Shown here piece after piece: positions 31,686 through 44,700 of a stretch of 64,000 bases of DNA. The DNA comes from Lingula anatina. Taxonomy: Eukaryota > Animalia > Brachiopoda. The position numbers and the translations under genes were made by a program. The first letter of the stretch is position 1. Every line of letters starts with the position of its first letter. The stretch is from positions 5,762,587 to 5,826,586 of the forward strand of contig CM120648.1 in the NCBI GenBank assembly GCA_051362555.1. The letters run 5' to 3'. The notes beneath the pieces are model-generated. The model was not told where the DNA came from, did no database searches, and was given only the letters and a program-made list of their open reading frames with translations.

Positions 31686-34600
31686 TGTTGGTTCGCGGAT
31701 TTTCAATTTTGGTTGTGAATGCGGCCTCTGGATCAACTGAGGGGGCAAAAAGAACCACGTATTCAGGAAAACACTGATCCGTTGTGCTATTATCTGGCTT
31801 TAGACCCGGTCATATAACAAGCATGTAGTCCTTCCCGAAGACACAAGAACAGTCGGCGGTCACACTAGAAGGACAACAGAGACTAGGCAAAGCATGCTTG
31901 CTATATAACGCTACAACCTGCCCGGATACCGCGGCATCTGCAACTCAGCTACTGCCCCGAACTTCAGGTCATAAAATTTCCACTGCCCGGTCGTACACAC
32001 GACCTTTAGACTGAACGTGTTGGTATTGATTTGTAAACAACATTCCAAGTCAGATGTTTCAGTAATAGCCTGCTTAAAGAAACTTTGCTCTCGTTTTATA
32101 AAGCGAAATAAGTGGCTCGTGTTATAAGCCAATTGTAAATTTATAGTAGAGAACTTCTACGGACTTATCCACGTTTGAAGTAGACTCAGAATGTTGCAGG
32201 TCCGAACGTTAAAAAACAAATTTTGGTCTTAACATCTGTCTGTGGCAAAAGCCCTGTTATATCAGGGAAGATTTTTAGACTTTTTTTTTGGGGGGGGGGG
32301 GGGGAGCATAGGGATGATAATCGTAAACGTGAATAATCTTGCCGCAGTCTGTAAAGGAGACGTTAAGTACACGTTACGTTGAGCAGTTCCAAGTTACGCG
32401 TGAATGCACACACGCACTTCCACTTGAGGTGTTCGGCAACGCGACAGCCTTTGTCATGTAACGGGAACAGCCAGTTATCGTAGCAGACAGGTTGTGTTTG
32501 CGAAACAGATAACCATGTTTAGCTTGACTTAACACCGTGTAACCCTTGGTTGTAAGTGGTGATGATAGGGCCCTACTTTGAGATTGAATTTTGTAAGCGC
32601 TACAAAGATGTCAAAGACCCGAGAAGATAGACTGCGTATCTTTTTGTTTCTGAAGTCCTCGGGCCGCAGTCTTAGTTAGCACTGCAATACAATAAAATGC
32701 AATGTCGCACAAGTACATGGAATGCACTTTAAATGACTGTATTGTACTGGAGTGGGATGCATGACGGCCTTAACATGAATGCATTTTAGGCTGCACGTTG
32801 AAATTAAAGGTACATTTAAGACGATAGATAAACCTTAAATTTCAATGTTTTGACACCAGCAGGCGGAACATTGCTCGACCCGCAATTGTGCTTATAAATC
32901 TGAGGCGCCATTTTACTTTAGCACAAATTTTGTGTCGCTGCATCTAATTCTTCGCCAAGAGCTATAACATGACATTGTGTCTGAAAAAAAAAATATCAAA
33001 AGCTGCTCTGCTCTGATTACTTGTACCCGATAACAGTATTTCCGTGCTCTTCCATGGAGTCATTCAAGTATACTTACAGCGCGTATAATTTTAATGTATA
33101 CATATAGACCAAACTTCAGCATAGTTTTGCACATGTGCTTTTGATATATTTGTATGATTAAAAAAAGGTCAACAAACCGTGTGCTCTTGTTACATGGATG
33201 GACTACAATTATATGTTACGGTTATCACATGAATGTAAAGCACCGGTTCAATCTCTGCAAAGATGCCGTTGGCTTGTTGTAGCCAATATAGGAAAATATG
33301 CCTTATTGAAATGAAGAAAAAAAACATATTTGTCGTTGTTAACGGCTTTTCTAACATGACTGATCAGATGGCTGATGGAAAATTTTAGGACTTTTAAACA
33401 GAAATGACGTCACTGTTAAGACGCAGGGCACGTACAAGCACAGGCCAATGTCCATGTACACACATACGCACGTTACGCCCTTGCAACAGGCTCCGTCGTA
33501 AGACTGTTGCCGCGCCCACGTGAAATTCTTTTTTTTTTATTTTGGGTCTGTTGGTTTGTTAGTTAACAGACTTATCCTTAAAGTTGTAGAACGCTCCTCT
33601 GTAAAGGCCAGATAGGGGTATCTCAGAGTGGATTAGATTTTAGCGGTGATCCATTGATTTATAAATTATAGTGAGAACTGAACTGCATCTCTGGATACCA
33701 GAATCTAACAAACCTGAAACTACTGACGCTTTTTAAGTGGCTGCGCGTTTATGGTATTTTCAGAACAGACATTACCTTTAATCATCACACTGGTTAATAA
33801 AAGGAAAGCAAGACTTAACAATCCGATCTGATGAGGTTTAAACTGATATAAGTTTAGACTGAGAAAGGTTATTAACGCCAATTAAACACAGGGTGAAATT
33901 TTTTCATACCTTTAGCTAACAGCCATCCTCATGAAGGCCGATGACCGGGCTGACCGTTTGCTCACGGTGTGAAAACATTTCAGCTTGTGTTTAATGATAA
34001 TCATAAATTATCCAACTACCAAGCTAATGAACATTTTTTCTCATTTATTATACACTTAGTATCAGCTTACCTTCAGGTACCTGTGACTTACGATTTTCGT
34101 CTGAGCTCTTTGTCTTTTTTATCAAAATGAATGACATGCTAGGTGACGGAAAATTGCACAAGTTCGATCACTGCACGTGCCTGCAATGACCCTGGCCCGA
34201 TCTAACCTCAAGAGGACAGTGGACAAATTTAGATACCTTGCGTAGCACGCTGTCAGTTCACGACATTGATGGACTGAGAGTCCTTGATGGAACACACGAG
34301 GTTACGAAATAAAAGGAGCAAAACTGTACGGGCGTGCGCGCGCGCGAATGTCTGTTGTGTGTGTATGTGAACGTGCATATTCTTCCCCAAATGTTAAATT
34401 TGACTTAACAGTAACTGATGAAAAAAAATGTTTGTGTTGCGTTCTCGAGTGCACGTGTTTTGCTGTGCATGCATGCGCCAATGCAAGTTTGGTCTTTGTT
34501 ATTCTGCCACTAGCTACATTTAGATGTAGCCTTCTATAAAAAATGTCAATAGAAGGGAAAAGCGAGTAGTTTCAGCGTGGTGGGGTTGGGGGGGGGGAGG

Positions 34601-34976
34601 ATGGGGATGTACACTTTCCCGCCAGCATATTCTTACCTGCTCAGTAAGGCTGTGTGTATGAATAGAATTGTTTACCTTTTATCAAAAAACGTCCTAGCTT
34701 CAAACGTCTGCACTACAATTATTGACCCTTCCATCCCAACAACACGAAGTGCCAATAAAACAATTACCGACTAACTTGTTCTCGTCAGTAAAAGATAAAC
34801 CACAGCAAAAGGGTTGTTATTTTCGATTTTCACACTACAAGTATTGTAATTGTTGATCTTATCACCACGTCCGCTCTCGCTCCACGCCAACAAATCTCCG
34901 TCAAAATCACCACCTCGCCCCCAATCATGGATAACTTCACCACAACGATGATTCTCTTACACCACCATCACGATGC

Positions 34977-35214
34977 TCACTCACTGTCAACACCGGCATC
35001 GCCACGCACACTCACTGTCAGCGCAACCATCGACACGCCCACTCACTGTCAGCGCAACGATTACCACGCCCACTCACTGTCAGCGATACCATCACCACGC
35101 CCACTCACTGTCAGCGCAACCATCGCCACGCCCACTCACTGTCAGCGAAACCATCACCACGCCAACTCACTGTCAGCGCCGCCGTCGCCACACCCACTCA
35201 CTGTCAGCACCATC
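34977..35214. repeat. 31-bp minisatellite, about 8 units (cactcactgtcagcgcaaccatcgccacgcc)
   Basis: ctcactgtca recurs at 34980, 35011, 35042, 35073, 35104, 35135, 35166 and 35197. Confidence 0.92.
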
Positions 35215-37014
35215 ATTACAACAATCACTTTCAATCACTCTCAACCCCCCCCCCCCCACACACACACACACACGCACAAACACTCGACTTTATCAGGACC
35301 AATCGCACATGTGCTATTAGATCACTTCCCCCGGATTTTCCAGTTAATATACCTGGCTGATATCTGCGGTAGATAAAGTCTGCCTGTGTTGTGCCATCTC
35401 CGTCAAATCAATCTTCACAATTATAGGCTATGCTACGTTTATTTCACTCCTATGAACCCGCTGTATTTATTGATGCACACGCAAAATATCTCAGAATCCC
35501 ATAATTAGCGCACTATATCTAGTCAGTTGCTGGTTGTGGTGTATTTTTCAGGTGTCCAGAATCGTGCATCTACACTTATTGTGTAGATCCAGCGGGATAT
35601 TTACAGTCTTCATATACAGTTTGCTCAAAAATTTCTGAGACTCATCTCAACTGGATTGATTATGTACGCTTCATCCCCAATGAAAAGGTTTCGGTGATCC
35701 ATTGTCTCCCTTTTAAACCATTGTCACACTTACTTCTGGCATTATGTTGCTATGCTTTCCTACCTTTTTCACCTGCGAAAACAAATACACGATTACATAT
35801 ACACGCAGCATATCCCGCATGATATCAGTTGAATGTTCTTTAGATAGATACGCTTCACTTGGTTCTCCGTTGTAGTTGTATTCAGCTAATGGCGTGCACC
35901 CGGCGACAGTGAATCAGTCGTTGTTCATGTGCGTAGCACCGAACCTTCACTCCAACAAAAAGAAAAGCTATGGCTGCATAGATGTAAAGAGATCTATAGT
36001 CTGAAGACTACTTGTGGCCTGTACACGAGCTAGCAGCGCATTGATTTCCTACCAAAGAGTGCAAATTCCCTGATCAATGGTCTCCGGTCGATACAACATC
36101 CGAGGAAATAGAACATTTGCATTATACATACGCACCATCATAATTGTACGACACTTCTCGGGTTTTAAAAACGCCTCGTACTCCTTATTTTCAATGCCTA
36201 CACCGCTGGCTACAATGCTACTCGATTGCCAATAAGATTCTCCTTTAATGACGTTGTAATGGTAATTAATGTTAAAACACAAATCCTGTCTGTCTCTAGC
36301 CTTGTTATGTCGATTATTTCCCTCTTTACTTGGCATTAGCAAAACAAAATCGAGGGCGCTACATGTATGCCAACAACCTACTGCTAAATAATCAACACTT
36401 CAACACTTGACAAAACCTGTCATGCGACTGTTGGTTGCCCATGGTTCAATAACCGTGCTTTTTTTCTTTTCTTTTTTTTTAATCGTGGCGTGTTAGACGC
36501 GTCACTGCGTGCGTGCGCGCACGAGTTCAGGTGCGCGTGCTTGTGTGCCTGTGTGTGGGCACACGTTTTCATTCGCGTGGAACAAAAAATACATAGATGT
36601 GACCAGGCTAAATCGCAATAGGATTATCATCTTACATTTCAGCTGTAGCTGACTTGTTGACAACCATGTGGACGTTTCATTCTATGTGCTTTAGTTTTCA
36701 TCGCAATGTCAACATACGTTAGTCGTGCTATGCAAAAGACATACCAAACGAGGAATTATCCAGAGTTCATTGTTATTGACCTTTTTTCATTGAACAAAAT
36801 GCTGAATACTAAGGTGGTGAGCTAGAAATAGAAAGGTAAACAGCATCTGCTCCGGGCCGGTGTGAACTGGTGAACTGTAGAAACAGCAATTTACCAAGCA
36901 ATTCGCAGGCTTTAAGCCGACAGGTACCCTTAGAGCGAGTGAGGCACTTACAGAGAGCAGACTTCCACCACGGTAGCTCAGATCTCACTTGCTGTTAATC
37001 AATTAATTAATCGA

Positions 37015-37120
37015 TGGATCACCACCAAAATCTATTCGATTTTATGTTAGAAAATATTTGGCCGATCCTGAAAATATTATCAAAATCTGCCATTCACCTT
37101 TTGAGTAAGGCTGTTAGCTA
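37015..37120 (+). mobile_element. internal fragment of the HINE-like element
   Basis: ggatcaccaccaaaa...cctgaaaatattatcaaaatc...ttttgagtaa matches 13621-13715. Confidence 0.6.
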
Positions 37121-37353
37121 CTAAACCCACCAAGGCAAAGACAACAAAATCGTTTCATTATCTCCACTCAGTGTTTTCCGTATCAGTCAACACCTGTGAG
37201 CTGGATTGGCCAGGCAAACTGCCTTCACCTCGTCGGCAACACTTGTTTTACAGCGCTCGGAAAGCCAGCCTGTGACAGCAATTGCGCAGTCGCAAAATAA
37301 TCAATGCCCCCCCCCCCCCCCCCAACACAAAAACTTGGTCTGGTAAAAATGCA

Positions 37354-37359
37354 TTTATT
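37354..37359 (-). terminator. candidate polyadenylation signal of the RhoGEF gene
   Basis: AATAAA on the minus strand followed by a GU-rich tract (gtttttgtgttggg), about 1.4 kb past the terminal TAG. Confidence 0.5.
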
Positions 37360-38733
37360 TTCATTGAAAAAAAAAAACGTTACTAAAACCATACTGTATT
37401 GCTAATAAACGTTCCATACGCGTACAATATAATTATATATAATATTTGTATAAATGAGGGTAAATCTAGAGATACCATAGATGAAAAGATGAATTTCGCC
37501 TCTTACATGCACAAATTATCTTTATAATTTGATATTTATTTACCTCCCTATATTGCTTCTTATTCGAAATAGACCTCTAAAATTTCCATCTCCCATAACA
37601 CAGTCAGCTCTGTAATAATTAAATTCTTTCTGTCAAACATGCCACATAGTTTTGATGAGGTTAGAGTCCACTCTAGAGAACTGCATTATGTCTTTATCAC
37701 CAACAACAATTACTAAGTCCGTCTCCAGAATTTTAGAAATACTGATCTCTTCCCTTTCAAATAGTTCTATTAATCGACCTGCTTTTTTATATTTTAATTT
37801 CTACTTTTGTGAAAAAGTGTTTGTTATTCATATCTTTTATATCATGAGATGCATAATAAATCCAACCTCGTCGTTATGAGAAATTGTGGCAAAAAGAGCC
37901 CATCACTGCTGCGCACGGTCAAATTGTGGTAGGTGAGACAGACCATTGTGAGAGCGCAATTTATCTCAACCCACTCCAGTCCCGAATACATCTCGCAGAT
38001 ACTTGATGTGCGAGATCACCCCATGTTAATTCTGGAAATTTTAAACAAAAGCTCAGGCATGTGTCAGTACTTAGATCATCTCACAAAATATATCCACAAA
38101 CCAGATCAACTGGCGTCATAATTCACTGGAGGCACAGTTCCTGAATTTTGGTAAAACGAGTCCTCTTTTTTGAATCATCGTCTTATCAAAGAGATTTCGC
38201 TATGGTTTACACGTGGAATCTACTACAATTAAATCAACAACATCTGTCACTACGATCACAGTTCCCCTGATATGATTTGCTAATAGCAGCATTCATAACT
38301 ATAGTAAAACATAACATACTCTTGGCATTATTCTAGATGAATCCCATCTCATGTCTGTCTTTATAATCTATATTTACAGCTTAGACCTCAAGGAGAGCAG
38401 TTATCACATTAAAACTTTGTAGACTGTCACATATCACTCCATCTTTCACTTGAAAAAAAAAGTCCCCACTCAAATTCCCTATACACATATTAATCTTTAA
38501 CAAAGAAAGACATTTATATAACACAATGAAGAATTATTGACTTGCTCTTGCTGAGACATGCACCAAACAGGCGTTATCCATATTTCAAGATTCTTTTGTA
38601 ACTAGATGATTTCTATAGAAAAAAAACTAGTCTCCATGACAACTGAAGTTTCCTTAGCAACCATCATGTCTTCACTGCAACTGTGACTTGTCCATTGCAT
38701 CCATCACGTTTCCAATGAAAATCTTCACTAAGG

Positions 38734-38743
38734 CTACACTTCC
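38734..38743 (-). CDS. PLEKHG5: terminal coding mini-segment G-GAA-GTG-TAG adding E-V-stop
   Basis: Acceptor tactttgtctttcag|GGAAGTGTAG completes the phase-2 donor GCC TC|gtaagt at 39265/39264. Confidence 0.85.
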
Positions 38744-41700
38744 CTGAAAGACAAAGTATTGAATTCCATAACTTTTATTAAACTGGTTTCATTTCACAAC
38801 TGGTGGCTCATGACTATATTTAAGTAAACAAATGAGATAAAATAAAACGAAATAATTATCATGATATAACAAACACTCAAATACACAATTGGCACTGAGG
38901 CAGATTATTCTACCTGGACGTATAAATAAACATCTTCACTAAACAAATTAGGCCTACAGAAAATATGTGAAGGATTACACCCGATTATATGTGAAAATGG
39001 ACTGCAGTAGCAGGATTGCATTTCCATATAGAAAACAGCTGCAATAATACAATGACAAGATGTAGAAACTGTAAACAACTAAAATTCAATCATATTTTAT
39101 ACTGATGCAGTCAGACAAGGACCCTTTAAATAGCCCACAAACAGGTCAATATCATGCCATTACAGAGAGGGAGAGAGCAGGGGGTCAAATTGTTAACTTG
39201 TGACACAAGTTGGACCTATTTCTGGCCTAAAGCTGCCCTGTCTGCACACACCAAAAGGACTTACGAGGCTTCCACGTTGGAGCTCAGCAACAGTTGCTTC
39301 TTCATCTTCATAATCTCTGCATGAGACAACTTCTTCTTCTGGCCCTCATACTTTGGCAAGTCCACTGAAGAGATCCCATCCTTCATCTCGCTGGATGACG
39401 CCTCGGCTATGATCCTACTTATATCTGACAGAGATTTTGATTTAGAGTTTGAGTTCAGTTTCTGATTAGAGGTTGAGCCATTGGTCTCTAATTCAACAGC
39501 ATTTGACCTTGACCTCAGGTCCTTGAGATCTGGCCTCATTTTACTGTCACTTTCAGATCTCTTTGGTTTTACCTGTTCATTAGAAGAGGTAAGGATGCCG
39601 TCTTGTTCATATTCTTCACTGATTTCGCTCTCAGGACTCAAATGGAGAGATCCTGTAGAGCTGACTCCGCTAGAGCTCCGAATGCTTCGTAACGATTCCG
39701 AGCTGAACGCTTTATTTTTTAACATTGCCTCACGATCCTCAAGATTAATATCAACTGTACCAAGATGCCAAGAGAGGCGCTTGTGTATACTAGCATCTTT
39801 ATCATGTTCATGAGATCGATTAATATCTTGTATTGAGTCAGCCGTGTGATAGCGCTTTTCTCCCCGCCCTTGTCTACGCTGGTTCAACTTGCCTCGTAAA
39901 CTCTCATCCAAGTTGAAGGCAATACTCGGCCTATCTGGTAATGCAAATTGTTTTTTCTCCATTGGAGACATCTGACCATGTGGAGAATTTGTTTCGCTTC
40001 CAGAGAATGAGTCAGCACGATATGGTTTTATAATGATGGGGCCAGGTTTATTAGTCACATGACCACGCCTTCGTACTGCTGTTGGCGACACTTTTGGTGA
40101 ATTTCTCATAGAGGCCGATTCATCAGGAAAAAGAAAGCGCATTGCCTCCTCGTCTTGCCGCCCTGCCGCTAAAGATGGTGACATCATGAGATCGCCATAA
40201 GTCAGTGATCTTGGCCTTTGTTTTCTGTCCTTACGAGAATCCTTGATCCTTGTGCACGGATCAGCGCCTGTGTTCGAAATCATTTCTATCTGGTCCAGAC
40301 TAAGCTCGCTGTGGGCATGGGGTAGGTACATCCCTCCCACGGGGCCCACCACTAAATTTGGCAAATATTTCCCTTCATTGTCCTCGGAGTACTGGCGCGT
40401 GAGGCTCTCATGACTTGTGTTGCTTCTCATTGAACCGTTGTCAACGCTCAGCAATGTCCCGTAATAGTCCGCCTCATCATCGTCATCAATATCGAAGAAA
40501 TTAACAGCCAGCTGTCTCTCCGCTTTCTCAGTTGCTTCATCTCGAGCCTTTTTGTAAAGTTCCTATTTCAATAAAAAACAAAATGATTGTTGGTGAAACA
40601 AGTTTAAAACACTACTTTAACTAAGGCTTTTTTCTCATTGATCAGTACACTTTTCTGTTTTGGAGTGTTTTGACTGGTCCTAATATATAATTACACTACT
40701 ATTTCACAATTTCACTTCAACTTGTTTGGACGAATAAAAATAAATCTGGTTAACTGGCTATGTTGCATGCAGGGGGCTCTCTTCAGGTGACTCCTTTATG
40801 TAATAACATTGCTATTAAGTTGTCGATATTTCAAAATTGTGCCCAATAGAAAAAGTCTACAGTTTGATGTGAAAAAGGTTATAGATATTTAGAACACACA
40901 GACTGATTGTTAGACAAAACTGTCAATTGTGAAGAACAAAATATAATTGAATATAATCCTAAGAACTGCAATATTTGCCAGGAAGACAGCACCCATACCT
41001 GAGCTTTCTGAATTTTGTTAATCCATAGCTTGACATTGTCAGTTTGCATAGTGAGTGCTGCTGAGGCAACGTGGTATTCATTAAGATAGATCAACAGGAA
41101 ACTTCCTGGAAGAAAAAAGAAATGGAGTGTTGAAATGTTTTCAAAGTATCAGAAAAATTTCTTTGGAAAAACTTCAACACTTTCTGCAAACTTGCTTCAT
41201 TCAAAAAAACTTGAACATTCTAAAAATTTTTTACCTCCATCGCGGAGTTCCTGAACCACCACCTTGTCAATTCTCATTGGTGGTTTGACAATCTTCACTC
41301 TGTCCCCTGTTCCTCCACGCTTGGTTGGCTTGGTAACCAGTAACATGTCAGTGAACAGGAAACAATGCACGTCCATCTGGAGATAGAAGTACAATCTTAG
41401 AACACTTCTACACTTAGTGGGAGTTGACCAGATCTGACTAGCATTGTGTCAGACATAAAGCAGGGGATTTTTGCAGTTGTTATTTTGAATTAAATATCAA
41501 GTAATTTTGAATGGTTCTTTTAACACCAAAACTAAGTGCTGGTACACACAGTTTTGAAAAAAAATATATTTCATTTGGTTCTCAACCCTATCCTCTTGTA
41601 AAAACATATTCTAATTAACTAAAACGTGCTGTCCCTTTCCATTTCCTTTTCTCATTTTGCACATGCACTTATTTAACACTGAGACAACCCAAACATGGTG

Positions 41701-44700
41701 GAAACCCAGAATAAGAGAAGAGAAAAAGAGAAAATAAGTATCACTATTCTGATAGGATACAAGCAGCCCTCACCTTCCCCGTGGCCTCCTTCATCTTCAG
41801 GGGTCTCTCAAGGAGCAGGTGCCTGGTTTGTTGTGGCAGACAGCCAGGCATGGGGCACGTCAGGGTGAAGTTACTGTACTCTTGGAGAGTCTGAAATATT
41901 ACGTATACATGATCCTTGAACCACAGGTATATAAATAGTGTAGTTAACTCATTTTTTTTGTGGGTGTATGCCAGGAAATGTCAGGGTGAAGTTACTGTAC
42001 TCCTTTAAATAGTCTAAAATATTATGTATACATGATCCTTGAACCACAGGTATATAAAAATTTGTAGTTAACACAATTTTTCTGGGTGTATGCCAAGAAA
42101 TGTCAATGTGAAGTTACTGTACTCTTATAGAATCTGAAATATTATATGCATGGAGCTAAACCTTGAACCACAGGAAAATAAATATTATTATGTACTTAAT
42201 GCAATGTTTACATGAGGTGTTGCCAGGAAATGTCAGAGTTAAGTACTCTTATAAAGTCTGAAACATGAATCTAAACCTAGAAGCATGGGTAAATAAAGAT
42301 GATTATGTTCTTTACACAATATTTTAAGTGGGCGAATACCTGGGAATGTCAAGGGGAAGTTACTGCACTCTTATAGCATCTTTAAGCATTTTTCGCGGGG
42401 CATTGCCAAGTGTGTAATGTGTTATGGAGACCTTACAACATTTTGGCAGAGTGGGGGATATGTCTTACATAACCCATTAGCAGCAAGCTCTTCAAAGTAT
42501 GCAGACTACAAGTTATCTGGTGAGAAATTACCAGACACCGTCTACTCAGAGATATACAGATATATACATGATTTGAGTAAGAAAAAAATGGGCGTCGAGA
42601 AAAAATAACTACAAAATAAATAAACAGATAAAATTAAAAAAAAATAAATATATATCATATCTTGATTTGTTTTACACATCTTATGAACCCTTTGGGAATC
42701 TAAATATTTTGTTGTGTTGAGGATGACATACACACCTTGACACACTCCTCATTAGGAGGGTCAACTCCTTCATAAGCCTCGATCCTATTAATAATGGCTG
42801 CTAGACGCTCCTGCTCATGGCGGTGTCTGAGAGAGGAGTCGACTGAGTGAACAAATTTGTCCACAGCTTGCACCTGAAAGCAATCAATTACTACTTTATA
42901 ACATGACTAGACAAAGAGGAGTAAATTAAAACAGATGTACACTTTTAATGTTATATTCAAACATTTTTCTCAAATTAGTTCTATACATATTTTGTTTGTT
43001 AGATGATGATTACAGTGTAATACAATGACATTAAGATTAATTAATTGCAAGTATTAAAGTTTTCAGGCCCATGTACAGATCTTTTCAGCAAAAATCAATC
43101 TCCAGTGACCATTACCATTTCCTTTAAATCTTTCCGAGTCTCCTCATCTTCAGTTTTCTTCAGTATGGCACTGAGCAGGAGGGAGTATTTTGTGAGGCGT
43201 TGCATAGGTTTGACTAGTAGATCATTTAGCTTGAGACGATTGCATTGCTTTTGGGCCTCAGCCCACTGAAATGTACAGGAAGCATCTCAACTATTTTGTC
43301 ACACCAAACACAATCAGCAGTGTGTCACATCCTAGTTTGTCACACCTAACACATTGAACTTCAGCAATATAACTTACATGATGTCATACTGAATAGGATT
43401 TGCAGTAGCACAACTAATGCTTTAAAAAAAAAAAAAAAAAACCCAAATTTTTGCTACATAGAGAACTTTGTACAATAATCATTACAGATTTCTTGTTTAA
43501 TAACTTAGGATCATAAATTCAAGTAATAACAAATGCTGAAGGCAATTTGTATAATTCCTAATTAAATAGTCATAGCAATGTCTACTGACCACAACAAATG
43601 TTCTGAAGAGTTCGTTTTCCCTGAAGCATGTCTTCATGTAGTCTTGACACATCTTGTGTTCTAAACAGTACTTGGTATATGGGAGGAACTCTTCTTCAAA
43701 CTGAAAATAAAATACAGTATTTGATAATCACACGCATATGTTTATTTTCTTTGCATCCAAAATACTATCTGTTACTTCAACTCTAGACTGACTGACTGGT
43801 TAATAATTCCCTCATTTGAATCTTAGTTCATCAGCATGTATCTTCTGTTGTGATATAAAACAAACAGGAGAAAGACCTGCCAACAAGTTGAGTTATCATT
43901 ATCAATTAATTGACAGCATTCTGAATGCATTTTGTAAATAAAAGGATATCTTAATATCTGACCCATTTCAAAAGCACTTTAATCCTGACATTTCTGACAC
44001 AAATTTACTTTGATTTCCCCCTCCCCCAGGGTTATCTAAATTAATTTTTAAAAATTAACAAATAAAACTGATGATTATAAATGAAAAATAAGAAAGGCTG
44101 CTGTTGCTAAATCTCACATGTTTCACAAAGCCGTCTTTCATGACCCCTGGGTTCATAGGTTTACGGCTCCTCCTGGCTTCCTCTAATACACGACTCATAT
44201 GACCACACCAAAACTGACTGTTGGCCAGTGCAATCTCACTGATATTACTGAACAACTTCTCTGTCTCAATCTGAAAGGTAACAATGATTTTTCAGTCAAA
44301 TTCTAGAATGTAATTTTTTGCACTCAAATAAAGACTATCATAAAATCAAAATTCTGTTGTTTCTGTTAGATTATGATTAGGGGTATTTGGTTTACATAGA
44401 TATCTAATTCAAATTACTTTCATTTTTGTGAGCACTGCTTGAGATATGAAACACCCAAATCATGGGTAAATACAATTAGAGAATTCCACAGCTGTTGGTC
44501 ACATTTTACCATCTGTTGACTATAGCTTCTACAAAAATGACTATATGAGAAAATGTGTACCAGACACAGCAGATATTGATAAGTTAGTCATTTAAAAAAA
44601 GTTTTACCTCATTGAGTAACTGCTCATTTTGGAGGTTGATCAAGACACACATGAAAAGCTGAAATACAAATAAGTCAGGATAGTTTCATCCAACTTCAAA

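Noticed and set aside
34927-35376. Regular 31-bp repeat as a CRISPR array, or the His/Thr/Pro-rich ORFs as a protein
   Set aside because: The 'spacers' are similar to each other, the context is eukaryotic with no cas genes, and a 31-bp period is not a multiple of 3, so the ORFs are by-products.
40320-40370. RhoGEF YLPNLVVGPVGGMYLP resembling the MCT N-terminal SLPNLVLGSSILSLP motif
   Set aside because: Short match with different spacing and no flanking or nucleotide-level similarity; most likely coincidence.
39261-40454. 397-aa ORF as a stand-alone gene
   Set aside because: It is part of the RhoGEF exon 40562-39265, which has an upstream acceptor, and the ORF begins at a TTG.
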